A model generated the notes under the pieces. That model saw nothing but the letters and a program-made list of their open reading frames with translations, ran no database searches and was not told the DNA's origin. A program made the position numbers and the translations under genes. From Octopus bimaculoides (taxonomy: Eukaryota), in NCBI RefSeq assembly GCF_001194135.2, contig NC_068990.1, positions 25,659,512 to 25,723,511 on the forward strand: a stretch of DNA of 64,000 nt. Reading direction: 5' to 3'. Below are positions 38,586-51,460 of the stretch, piece by piece. How positions within the stretch are numbered: position 1 is the stretch's first letter; the number at the start of each line of letters is the position of its first letter.

Positions 38586-41500
38586 TTGGTACCTTCTTTT
38601 GGTTTAAGTCTACCAGATTCACTCACAAGACGTTGGTTGATCTGGGAATATAACAGAAGACACTTGTCCAAGGTGCCACACAGTGGGACTGAACCCAGAG
38701 CCAAATGTTTGGGAAGCAGACTGCTCAACCACACAGCATCTATACCCAAAACAAACAATACTTGGTCTAAACCAGAATGGTTATTGAACTATAAATGCTT
38801 TAAATAACTCTTTCACATGATGCTTTTGTATAGAAATCTCAGAAGACCAATCTGATTGAACAGACAGACAGCATGTGTTTCGTCTAACTTAGTCTATACA
38901 TCATTGCACTGAGAGCAATAACTAAAACTCCAGTTAGCTTATCAGGATTATCTTAATCCACTACATAACTATACTATTGTTCTTGGTGGTGTTGAGTAGG
39001 CTTTTTCAAGTCTACTCAAGTAGACCTTTCACACAAAAGTCAGATAATCTGAGGATCAGCCCCAAATAATTAATTAGGCAGGTGGAAGAGGTCTGCTAAG
39101 GAAGCAGGTGGGTGAGACTCTCTGTGTTTTTATTTTTTATATTTTTTCTTAATGGAGACAAAATTTTGAAAATGTGTTTAATACTAACCAGCAATCTGCA
39201 TATTTCATCTGTGCACCTAGCTGACTGACTAAAATATTGCACTGACGATATATGTCATGGGTTCAAATCTAGTTTGGGTATTTTGGTGTGTTTTGTAGGT
39301 AAGGAATACTTGCCCCTAACTGCAATGAATATGTATCCCAACACTCCCTTGTATTTGCCATCGATGCCCTTTTCTCCACCTTTGCCACTCATATCCACCA
39401 CCGTGTATCTCTGACCCCCCTCTCTCTCTCTTTTTCTCCTCCTCCACACTCCACCCTCAACTTATCCCTATTTTCTGATCAATCTGCAGTGATTCTTAAC
39501 CATTTTTTGCTTATGGACCCCTTTAATTTCTGTTTCACTCAACTGGGCCTTCATAGCCATTTGCTGTATACTCTTTTACCCCTTTACTTATTTCAGTCAT
39601 TTGACTGTGGCCATGTTGGAGCACCGCCTTTAGTCAAGCAAATTGACCATACCTGAAAAAAAGAAGGTTGGATGGTCATGACTGGATTATCTGAAGTTGT
39701 AAATCAGCTTGATCAGGGTTGACCTGGAGTTATACAACAGCAGCTTTGAACTAGTTGCATTAGTTTGTTGAGAGTAAATACTTTCATTATGGACACAGTG
39801 ACACAGTCATAACAAAATATCAACTGCTAACCTCTTAGTTGAGTATCTGGTACCTACCTAACTGTTTCAATCCTTATGTAGTAACTATATAAGGTTTCCT
39901 CAATTTTTAACACTGTTCCACTGTATGTCACCTTGGGCAAGTGTCTTCTACTATAGCTCTGGGCCAGCCAATGCCTTGTGGGTTTGGTAGTCAGAAACCA
40001 AAAGATACCCATCATATATATATATGTGTGTGTGTGTTTGTTGGTACCCACATCTAGACGTCACATGATGGTTGTATATGAGCATCATTGTAATATAAGC
40101 TTCAATCTCTAGGCTTACTTTTACTTTTGTATGAAAAATGTATCTGGTCATAGGGAAATGTTACTTTGCTTGGAAACAGGTAAGGGTTGGCAACAGGAAA
40201 GGCATCTGGCCATAGAAAATCTGCCTCAATGAACTTTGTCTGACCCATGCAAGAATTATGGAAAAATGGATTTTATGACAGTGATAATGTGAGGTTCATA
40301 CTCTTCTGCAAGATATCACAGATACAGCTGGAGCAATTCTAACCAAGAATCAAAACTGGGTTATTACATTCAGTCAACTGAATTACCAATTGCTGAATCA
40401 CAGTGCCGCCTGTTAAATGGTATAAAAGGTAATAGAAGACAACTGCTGCTGCTGCTTTTCAGCTATCTGTGCAGTTGTCAGTCTTCTGCTGTCCTACTCT
40501 GCATGTGTGCATCTTTTGATGTTTATGCACTTAATGCACTCAGCGTATTTTGGTTTGCTGTCAATTTATCTGAAATTACAGATATATGTGCATTTATGTA
40601 TGTATTTGCATGTATGTGTGTGTGCAAATGTGTGCATATGCATATATGTGCATATGCATGATTATGTACACATGATACGTAATATGTATGTATATGTGAA
40701 GTATAATGTGTGTATATGTGTCTATCTTGTATAATACATGTGTTTATGTATGTGTGATATACTGAGTGGTTCCATTGATTCCACTGTCTACATAATATTG
40801 ACTAATTCCTTTACTTACTAGAACTAAACAAAGCTACTCAACTGTTACTTTTTAGCTGTGGAAACATATATAGGATTAGACTCTTTGATTGTTGTTGTTG
40901 TTGTGTTCTTGATCAGTCTTGCTCGAGCAGACCTGTGATCAAAGACTTTCCGCCTGTGACCATCCTGTATTTTTGCGTATATATATATACTAAATGATTG
41001 TCATAAGAATTTCAAAACTTCAAGAGACATGAAATAATTCATTTTTAACGGTGGAACTTGAAGTAGATAAAGCTATAATGGCATGTAAATATTAGGTTAA
41101 GAAGAAACCCTTCAGATGGAAAAAGTTGAAGGATGTCCATGGAACAGCCTTTGACGTTTCTATCCAAAAACATTTTTAACTCAATATTTACAGGTTATTA
41201 TTTACAATTTTTGAGTTTAACTGTAAAAAAATGAACTAATACAGACATTATATTGTTGCATTGTCCATGTCCTGTCTTTTCTTTTTGAATGGCAGTTGGG
41301 TTTAATATGAGGGTGATTTGACTGCTATTTCTGGCAGTATGAATGACTATGTCGAGATCCATTTGCAGTTGTGGTCTTGTGTTGAATCAGTTATTTTCTA
41401 TAGATTTCTTAGTTTGCTTCCCTTTCTTTCAGTCTTTTTCCCTCTCTTTTTCAGAAGAGCAACTTAGCTCATATCAACTTCAGCATAATGTTGGCATGAT

Positions 41501-41730
41501 TCGCATTTCATTGTGCTGAGGTCAGCTTTGCCTTTCATCCTTCATCATCAGCCTCTGGACATTACTGTCTCAAACCCCTCCCCCTCCTACCAATTCAAAA
41601 TTACTGGCGTTGCTTGGGCCTCAATCAGAAACTATTATTAGTATTTTGATTTATTGATCCCCAAAAGTTTAAAAGTAAAGATGACTTTTGCAGGTATTGA
41701 ACTCAAAATATCAAACAAGATTACATACTC

Positions 41731-41969
41731 TACATTATTTACATTTGATGGATATTTGTCCTTATCTTGTTTGTTGTTAAACACAGCGTTTCGGCTGATA
41801 TACCCTCCAGCCTTCATCAGGTGTCTTGGGGAAATTTTGAACCTAGGTTCTCATTCCTAAGGTATTTTTCGATATTATTATTATTATTATTATTCAGGTC
41901 ACTACCTGGAATCGAACTTCGAATCTTGGGGTTAGTAGCCCGCACTCTTAACCACTACGCCATATGCCC
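41731..41969 (-). mobile_element. tRNA-derived SINE carrying a hammerhead ribozyme (head, (TAA)n, body, hammerhead, tail)
   Basis: Head with A and B boxes at 41969-41893, (TAA)n at ~41892-41873, unique body to 41827, hammerhead at 41826-41779, tail at 41778-41731 shared with 413-460. Confidence 0.8.
41779..41826 (-). ncRNA. Minimal type I hammerhead ribozyme motif; this copy has C in place of U16.1
   Basis: AGACAC-CUGAUGA-A-GGCUG-GAGGGUAUAU-CAGCC-GAA-ACGC-U-GUGUUU. Stem I has 6 bp and stem II 5 bp. Loopless stem III ACGC is one change from the palindrome ACGU. Confidence 0.75.
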
Positions 41970-42019
41970 ATCGAATGTAAATAATGTATATAATTCCTCA
42001 TCTCTTAAATATAGAACTG
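41970..42019 (+). mobile_element. Inverted tail fragment of the hammerhead-SINE abutting its 5' end
   Basis: ATCGAATGTAAATAATGTATATAATTCCTCATCTCTTAAATATAGAACTG matches 439-489. Its first 19 nt are an inverted repeat (1 mismatch) of 41731-41749. Confidence 0.8.
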
Positions 42020-42231
42020 TAAGATTACATACTGTCTATATCATTTTACTGTCTCATCCACTTCAGATATTGGTTTCAAATTTTGGCAAAGGGCCAGCGA
42101 GTTTGGGGCAGTGGGTGAGTCAATTGCATCGACCCCAGTGCTCAACTGGTACTTATTTTGTTGACCCCAAAAGGATGAAAGGCAAAGTTGACCTTGGTGG
42201 GATTTGAACTCAGAATGTAAAGATGGATGAA

Positions 42232-42626
42232 TTTCTTTTATGCGTTTTGGTTATTTGACTGTGGCCGTGCTGGAGCACCGCCTTAAGTCGAACAAATGGG
42301 CCCCAAGAAATATTCTTTGTAAGCTTAGTACTTATTCTATTGGTCTCTTTTACCGAACCATTAAGTTACAGGGACATAAACACACCAACATCGGTCGTCA
42401 AGCGATGGTGGTGGTGAGGAACAAACACAGTCACATAAACACACACACACACACACATACACACACGACAGGCTTCTTTCAGTTTCTGTCTACCAAATCC
42501 ACTCACAATGCTTTGGTCAGCCCGAGGCTATAGTAAAACACACTTGCCCAAGGTGCCACCCATTGGGACTGAACCCAGGACCATGTGTTTGGGAAGCAAG
42601 CTTCTTACCACCCAACCACTCCTGCA
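42232..42626 (-). mobile_element. SINE family A, full-length copy
   Basis: Reverse complement matches 52481-52890. Further copies at ~50495-50890, 55895-56240, 57480-57720 and 59688-60020. Confidence 0.85.
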
Positions 42627-44584
42627 TTTTTCCCTGTGTGCTTATGATTCTGCCAGTTTGCTGCCTGCTTCAAATATTGATTGCTACAACTTCTGGCCCC
42701 TATTGTTAAAGACCTTTATTATTTCATGTACACCTTTGTTCTAAAAACTTATAATTCTTGTTCCTGAAATTGACCTTAGAAACAGGTGCTTGATTTAAGA
42801 GAAAGATTGGTCATTGATAACTTAGGAAGAACATTTAGCCATAGGAACCACATCAAAGTAGATGTTGGTGCCTCATGTAATCCTTGGATCTATAGATGGT
42901 CAAGGTGATGTGTAGTGTGACCATCTAATAATGATTCATATCAGAAGGCTGAAATAATACATATGTGCCAGTTGAGAAAAGAGAAGAGACACAACCGAGT
43001 AGAAGGCTTATGAAAGATTTATTGATATATTTACATGCATCTGTGTGGGTTGTATGTTTGCTGTTAACCATGGTGAAATAGTTCATGAACAACACTATGT
43101 TGGAACCTGTGCATATTTGCTGGTGCTGTGTACATAGAGATGTTGTAGACAACGTTGGTGAGAGACGTGATGGTGGTGACGAAGATGGAGGTCGCTGTAA
43201 TGCTGTTGGATGGGTGTTGTCTGGCATCGTTGCTGGAACTGGCTGTGTCGTGTGGTCAGTGGTTAGACCTTAAGAGGTCTGGAACCAAAAGACATCAAGA
43301 CGTGGAGAAGTTGAGTTTTTATAGGTAACATTGGGTTCAAAATTGGATTGTAAACAGTCTGTCTCACATGATCTTATTTAGGGACTTCATTTGGTTAGGT
43401 TGCATATTGGAGCGATAGAGTAAGTGACCAATTGCATCACTACCAACCAATCAGAGTGGTGGACACAATGGTGTCCAGACAGCACCCAAAGGTTAGCTGT
43501 TATCTGCTACGTTCGAATGTATGTGTATATAATAAAGAAGAGAGGAATTTCACTAGGGTGTATGCTACAGATCCATTGGATTCTGTCAAACCAGCCAACC
43601 CATGCTAGTATAGAAGATGGAAGCTTAACCCTTTGCCTGTCCTAGACATATTTCCTTGGCCTGTAAATGCATTATATCTCAGTGGTTCTCAACCGTTTCT
43701 TACTTTTGATTCCAACTTTACTTGGATGGGCCCTCATAGCCATTCATCATCATCATCATTTAATGTCCGTTTTCCAAGCTAGTATGGGTTGGACGATTTG
43801 ACTGGGGATTGGCGAAACAGATGGCTACACCAGGCTCCAATCTGATCTGGCAGAGTTTCTACAGCTGGATACCCTTCCTAACACCAACCACTCCGAGAGT
43901 GTAGTGGGTGCTTTTTATGTGCCACCGGCACGAGGGCCAGTCTGGCGGTACTGGCAACGGCCACGCTCAAATGGTGTTTTTTATGTGCCACCTGCACAGG
44001 AGCCAGTCCAATGTTTTGTTCACATGCCACCAGCACGAGTGCCAGTAAGGCGAAGCTGGAAACAATGTTTAAAAAATCATATTATATTTTTAGAATTACT
44101 ATGGGGAATTTTATTTTAAAAAATGGTTAAANNNNNNNNNNNNNNNNNNNNNNNNNNNNNNNNNNNNNNNNNNNNNNNNNNNNNNNNNNNNNNNNNNNNN
44201 NNNNNNNNNNNNNNNNNNNNNNNNNNNNNNNNNNNNNNNNNNNNNNNNNNNNNNNNNNNNNNNNNNNNNNNNNNNNNNNNNNNNNNNNNNNNNNNNNNNN
44301 NNNNNNNNNNNNNNNNNNNNNNNNNNNNNNNNNNNNNNNNNNNNNNNNNNNNNNNNNNNNNNNNNNNNNNNNNNNNNNNNNNNNNNNNNNNNNNNNNNNN
44401 NNNNNNNNNNNNNNNNNNNNNNNNNNNNNNNNNNNNNNNNNNNNNNNNNNNNNNNNNNNNNNNNNNNNNNNNNNNNNNNNNNNNNNNNNNNNNNNNNNNN
44501 NNNNNNNNNNNNNNNNNNNNNNNNNNNNNNNNNNNNNNNNNNNNNNNNNNNNNNNNNNNNNNNNNNNNNNNNNNNNNNNNNNNN

Positions 44585-44635
<51 letters not shown>

Positions 44636-44985
44636 CCTGCCCTTTACCTGCATTTTTAAATGGCCAGGATTTATTTGAAAGAAGATTTACTTGTTGTTGT
44701 TGTTTGAGCAGGTTTGAGGGAGTTATGTCGAGGATTAATTATACAAACAGGTCAAGTGGCAACTATTGACTCCAATCTCTGGCAGTCTACTGTTTCTGAG
44801 TTGATTGATTGCAGTCAGAGCTGATTAATATTGAACCAAGAATAAAGCTTGCAACCTGTTGTTGTTCTCATCACATCAATCCCATTCTGCTTTGGTTGAT
44901 GGACAGAGTCAGTCATTGTTATCATTTACATATGTTAACTCCCCCCCTCTCTCATTTTCTCTGGCTCTTTGTCTCTCTCTCTCTT

Positions 44986-45050
<65 letters not shown>

Positions 45051-45553
45051 NNNNNNNNNNCACCCCTCCAGAAAAAGAAAGAATTGTGGCCTTATGCCAA
45101 TGTTAGAAATCAATATTTTAGTACAGGAGAGAGAGACGGGGTGGGGTGGGGGAGCTGTCAGAAACGAGAGGCTGCTGGAATGAAGACTATATTTAACTTT
45201 GTCCCTAAATCATCTGTGTTCAGGTTGTGTGTTCCATTATGAAGAAGGGCAACATTTACTGACCTTGCCAACTCCAGACTAATTGCTTGTCCTTTTCTGA
45301 TAACAACAACAACAACAACAAAAGATATTGTTGTAAATCATCACCACCACTGCTGCCTCCATCTTTGAGTCTTCTTTTGGCTTCTTTAGTCACCATCAAT
45401 CATGTTTCTGTAATGCCAGTTCTTTTGAAGATCTTTCTCACCTTTGTATCATGAACCTGTTAACTCTTCATTTTGAGAATTTTTGTGAAAGCAATGTTCT
45501 TGTTTTTGACATTCTTGAAACTTTCAGTTGTGTCTGGCTTATACGCCAGTAAA

Positions 45554-46188
45554 GGGTGGAGGCGCAATGGCCCAGTGGTTAGGGCAGCGATCTCGCGGTC
45601 ATAGGATCACGGTTTCAATTCCCAGACTGGGCGTTGTGAGTGTTTATTGAGCGAAAACACCTAAAGCTCCACGAGGCTCCGGCAGGGGATGGTGGTGAAC
45701 CCTGCTGTACTCTTCCACTACAACTTTCTCTCACTCTTAATTCCTGTTTCTGTTGTGCTTGTAATTCAAAGGGTCAGCCTTGTCACACTGTGTCACGCTG
45801 AATATCCCCGAGAACTATGTTAAGGGTACACGTATCTGTGGAGTGCTCAGCCACTTGCATGTTAATTTCATGAGCAGGCTGTTCCANNNNNNNNNNCGAA
45901 AACACCTAAAGCTCCACGAGGCTCCGGCAGGGGATGGTGGTGAACCCTGCTGTACTCTTCCACTACAACTTTCTCTCACTCTTAATTCCTGTTTCTGTTG
46001 TGCTTGTAATTCAAAGGGTCAGCCTTGTCACACTGTGTCACGCTGAATATCCCCGAGAACTATGTTAAGGGTACACGTATCTGTGGAGTGCTCAGCCACT
46101 TGCATGTTAATTTCATGAGCAGGCTGTTCCATTGATTGGATCAACTGGAACCCTCGACATCGTAAGCGACGGAGTGCCAACAACAACA
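45554..46188 (+). mobile_element. tRNA-derived SINE with a 13-bp TSD and (CAA)n tail; internal ~240-bp duplication across a 10-N gap
   Basis: TSD ATACGCCAGTAAA at 45541-45553 and 46189-46201. A box AATGGCCCAGTGG, B-box-like GGTTTCAATTCC. Confidence 0.85.
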
Positions 46189-47213
46189 ATACGCCAGTAA
46201 AAGAGTCTCTATCTGGTCATTTGACTTGCAAGAAATAGCAGCTGAATGTTCCTCAGATCCTTAAAAAAACAAAAGAAAGAGGCCTTGGGTGATGTAGTTC
46301 TAGATACAGTAAGCGAAAGGAGAAAAACCATTTTGGATGTTCACAACTGGAGTGTATTTGAATACAAGTTTGTTAGATCCAGGCTGACCTGTGCCTAAAC
46401 AACGACAACAACCAGAAGCACCACTGTGTCTGGATAAGTCAATCTGCACTGGGTTTTCTCTCTCTCATGTTTTGGACTGAAAGCTTCCTATCAAACCAGT
46501 TCATTGACATATTGATGGGGCTGTCTCTGGTGTATTCAAAAGTTTGGCAATATCTACCACAGTCTTCCTTCTATACAATAACCCTTCACCTTCTATTGAA
46601 AATTTTTCTAGTTACAGTCCTCTCCTGTAATATTTCAGTTACAGAACAAAAACAAATGGTAGAAGGAGGATTAGTTTCCTTCTTTACATTAGTAAGTTCC
46701 TCATGTTTTTAAAAATGAATGTAAGCAAGGTTAGTAGGATTACAGTGATATCATGCTTTTCAGAACTGGCTAACTAATGCTGTGTCATGCAGTATTGTTA
46801 TAATACAGAGTTAACGATTCTCTCACTGTAAGTTCTAATGTCAAGCACCCCTATACAGATAATGTTACCTTTTATTCTTGATATTCTAGTCACAGATGTC
46901 ATCTACAGAGCAATCTAGATATACAATGCATCACTGAAGAGACTTTGCAAATATGCTTCAATAGTAATGCGTTATACATTCAGTTATAGTTGAAATACTT
47001 TGTCACATCATCCGTGTTGTATCCTAGGATTATTAGTTGTTCTTACAACATACACCCTCATCCAGATGGTTTGACCTATGTTGATTAAGCCTGGATTGTG
47101 ACTGATAGAATAAGTATCAGGCTTTGAAAAAATAAATACTGGGATCAATTCGTTCAGCTAAAAAATTCTTTGAAGCATGGAGTGTTCCAGCATGGCCACA
47201 GTCTAATGACTGA

Positions 47214-47255
<42 letters not shown>

Positions 47256-48317
47256 TCATCATTTAACATCCGTCTTCCATGCTGGCATGGGTTGGATGGT
47301 TTGACAGGAGCTGGCAAGCCAGAGAGCTGCACCAGGCTCCAGTTGTCTGTTTTGGCATGGTTTCTACAATTGGATTCTTTTCCTAACACCAACCACTTTA
47401 CAGAATGTACTGGGTGCTCTTTTACATGGTGCCAGTATGGGTGCTTTTTTTACGCGACACAATGGAAGACTGTGTTTGCAAAGCTGTAAACAATCATTTC
47501 ATGAACAGTCAATTGCTTGCTGTTCACTATGTAAGCTTGTCCAGGCTGTTTATTATTTGATAAACTGGGAGATTATTACCTCCCTTGGAAACAAGTAAGT
47601 GCTGTTGGGAACAGAAAGGGCATCTGGCCACAAAAAATCCTCTACTCAGCATAGTTCTGTCTCACCCATGCAAACATGGAAAAGTAGACGTGAAGCCATT
47701 AAGTCAGTGCCGATGTTGATGATTCAAACTTCCATACGTATTGATCTCCCTCGTCTCGTAAGACCTGCAGAAGTCATTGCCACAGTCCCTTCTCCTCCTG
47801 CTATTGACTAAGCGAATAAAAAAGAAACTATGTTTAATGTACTTTAACAATCTCATTTATAGAACTCGACATATTCAGATACAGATATACAGATAAATAG
47901 ATATATGAGGTTAAAATGTTGAACTAGGTTACTATGCAACATGTCAGAAGGTGAAAGTTATTGCCAAATATTTTCTCACATCGCATCAAGCAAAGCATAT
48001 TTCCTCCATCTTAACCTTCCTTACAACTAAATATGTAAACTATATTTAGTGTGTATTATTAATTGACTTACCTGCAAGGTTTGGTGGTGTTTAGCCCCAG
48101 GTTATTTCTAATTGATCAGCTCTGTCATGAAGGCTGTGCCTGCTGTGTCTATTCCCCATCTTTTATTCAGACATTGTGTATCTGGGACTGCATTACCTAA
48201 TGTGTCCCTTCTACTGTTTATGTATTTATTTGAGGAGAAGTTGTGGGTTTGAGGGAGATTTTAGGCTGCTATTTTTAACAGGTCAAGTAACCACATAGGA
48301 TTTCCATGTTCACACGC

Positions 48318-48360
<43 letters not shown>

Positions 48361-48370
48361 NNNNNNNNNN

Positions 48371-48411
<41 letters not shown>

Positions 48412-49188
48412 CGCGTGTGGTGCATATTTGAACCCAGTTCATTGTGTTCATTTTCCTGTTAGAAAATGCCTCCCCATCGCCACTCAGCTGTAGAAACATT
48501 TAAATACTTCTATATTGAGCAGGTCATGTAACCACATGAAAACTCTCTCACTGGTTCTTCGTGTTGTTTGATGCCTCTATGCAGTTGCTTGTCTGGTTAA
48601 AAATAGCAGTCAAATATCACCCTCTCACACTTGAGTCTGCCATCTTAAAAGTGGTTGAGTATATTGCATAACTTCTGGACATACCAGAAAAATAAATGGA
48701 ATGGTCATGACTACACTGGTGTTCAGATGTTAAAGAGTCCTCACAGAAAGTCATAGAAACTTTCTGTGATGACTCCTTATGTTTCTGTTGAGTCCCAGGA
48801 GTCACACTGAACACTATGGACATAACCTCTTTCTTCAGAGCAAACTAATAAAAAAAAAAAGGGCCACCATTCACTGCCTTCATTTCTATCCATCTGTTAT
48901 TCTCCTTTCACACTCACAAACTTACCTCCTCGTTCACTCTGTCTAGTTCTCTGAACCACTACGTATCTTCACTTTCCTGTAACTTGAGGGTAGGCCCTGC
49001 TACCTCTTCACCACCTTTCCTCTTTTTCCAACTGGGTTAGCCATGCATCCCCTCTACAGCAAGACACCTCTTCCTGTCCCTCTATCATACTTCTCAACAT
49101 CTGGCACAATGCCACCTCCTTTCAGTACTACTTCCCCTGCCTTCAATTGAGGGGTCTTATTTTCCGTGACCTCTAGCTGGATAGTTAT

Positions 49189-49233
49189 TTTGTGCTGATG
49201 AAGGGAAATAACCCAGAAATCACGATACACAGA
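49189..49233 (+). ncRNA. Minimal type I hammerhead ribozyme motif, sense to RNF11
   Basis: UUUGUG-CUGAUGA-A-GGG-AAAUAA-CCC-A-GAA-AUCACGAU-A-CACAGA. Stem I has 6 bp, stem II 3 bp, and stem III is a near-palindrome. AUA cleavage triplet; predicted cut after 49227. Confidence 0.7.
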
Positions 49234-51417
49234 TATTGTTTTGAGCTGAGTGGGGGTGCTAGATTCCCTTGTTTGAAAATATAAGGACACAGAGCGTGTC
49301 ATACAGCCAGCTGGAGACAGTGTCTCCTGGGGCTAAATTACAGTAACATTTGTCCTAAACCAGGACTGCCATGTTATGTTGGTAAACAATCTTTACTCCA
49401 AAGTACTGTTGCTGAATATCTCATGTTGTGAGATTTACAAATAGTAATTTTCAGGAATTTTTTATTACAGACCCAGGGATAGCTTCATGTGGGTTGGTAT
49501 GAAAAGATTTAAACTGCATCTTATAGTTAAGGTGTTTTTGAGAGTATGAAGTTAGTCCTCAGTCACTGTTACTTCTCAATTTATTCTTGCCCAGAGTTGT
49601 AGTATCTGTCAAGGGTCCCACTTATGAGTTAAATAGCAGAAGGTGGTCTTGTGGCTAAGCTATACAGGACTTGGGGGGAGGAGTGGCCTTTAGCCATGTG
49701 TCATACAAAACTACCAATGCATGGCCATGCTCTGATGTCATGTCAACCAGCCCCCTCCTGTTGTGTAAGGGTTAAATTGACACACCACCTCTGTGCCTTG
49801 AGAGTAAGCTTGTGGGGAGAGCAGGAGACTAGCAGACTAGACTGTAAATAAATCAGCAGAAGGCAACAGGAAATGCTGCTCAATAAAAATTGTGAATCAT
49901 CAGACTTTGACAAGGAGGTCCATGATTGCTGATGCCATTCAGGGCTGGCACATGAAGAGGAGAGAATATGATTCATTGAACAAAGTAAACAAATGTTTTT
50001 TACATTATTTTTTCCCTAAGTTTTTAACTGTGAAACATTGTTTCATTTAACTCACAAGTGCTGTAGGCCATTTATCATCATCATCATCACAGTTTAACGT
50101 CCGTTTTCGATGTTGGCATGGGTTGAACGGTGTGACTGAGGACTGGCAAGCCAGGAGGTTGCACCAGGCTCCAGTCTGATCTGGCAATGTTTCTACAGCT
50201 GGATGCCCTTCGTAAGCCAACTACTCTGAGAGTGTAGTGGGTGCTTTTTACATGCCACTGGTATGGGAGCCAGTCAGGCAGCACTTGGCATCAATCACAT
50301 TTGGATAGTACTTTTCATGTGCCACCGGTACGGGAGCCAGTCCGGGTGTACTGGCATTGGCCATGTTCAGATGATGCTTTTTACGTGCCACCAGCAACGG
50401 AGTCACTCAGGTGGTCCTGACATCGACCACCTTTTTATTTAATCTGCAATGCATGCACCACAGGCAAAAACACTAGGATTCCATTGTATCTTATCCTTTA
50501 CTTGTTCCAGTCATTAGACTGTGGCCATGCTGGGGCACCGCCTTGAAGAATATCTTATATTTTCTTTTTAAGCCTGGTACTTATTCTATCAGTTTCTATT
50601 GCTGACTTGCTAAGTTATGGGGATGTAAACGTATCAACATCAGTTGTCAAGTGGTGGTGGGACACACACACTCTTATATATGTATGTATGTATGTGTGTG
50701 TGTGTGTATATATATGCAAACCCACACACAATATGAGCTTCTTTGAGTTTTTGTCTACTGAATCCACTTACAAGACTTTGGTCAGCCTGACATTATAGTA
50801 GAAGACACTTGCTTGAGGTTCCATGAGGTGGGACCGAACTTGGAACCATGTGGTTGAGAAACAAACTTCATACCACATGGTCACGCCTGCATCTCTATGA
50901 GGAAAATTTGGCTGCTATTTCTAGTAGGTTTAGTGGTTACATGGAAACACTTTTGTTGGTTCTCTGTATTTGCATTTTGTGGTGTTGAAGATGCATGTGA
51001 TGGGAGGTGGGTGGGGGTTTATGTGTGTGGTGCACACAACGTCTGTGATGGTTTGTTTTGGCAATGTTTTGTGCAGTCAATGTTGCATGTTGATATTGAT
51101 TGTGCATCTGGCGACGATGCATAATGCAGCGTTTGCATTGATTATGCAGTATTTATATTTGTTTGAAATGACAGGGAAGCGTATTGTCTGTATATATCTC
51201 TCACTGTGCATCGTGGGAATATTTTGCGATGTTGTAATTCACTCATGGTGTTTTTGTGTGTTTTACACCTTGTGTCGATTAGAAAGGTGTGACAGATTTA
51301 AAGTTGCACAATATGTTCCTGGCTTTTTGTTGGGGGTTTCTATGTGCATGCATGCATGCGCGCGCGCGCGCGCGCACGCACGCGTGTGTGTATACACGCA
51401 CACATATGAACGCCTAA

Positions 51418-51460
<43 letters not shown>

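Noticed and set aside
40380-40490. CCAAT, TATAAAAG and a downstream hairpin resembling a core promoter or LTR
   Set aside because: Short motifs are expected by chance in AT-rich DNA. No matching second LTR and no well-spaced initiator.
43895-43975. HDV-like ribozyme in the family B unit (P3/L3-like GGC-CCUCGU-GCC followed by a P1-like strand)
   Set aside because: No compatible P2 or J4/2 C-N-A segment could be built, and the P1 and P2 candidates compete for the same bases.
45655-46130. ~240-bp direct duplication within a SINE
   Set aside because: The copies are identical and separated by a 10-N gap, typical of an unmerged contig overlap.
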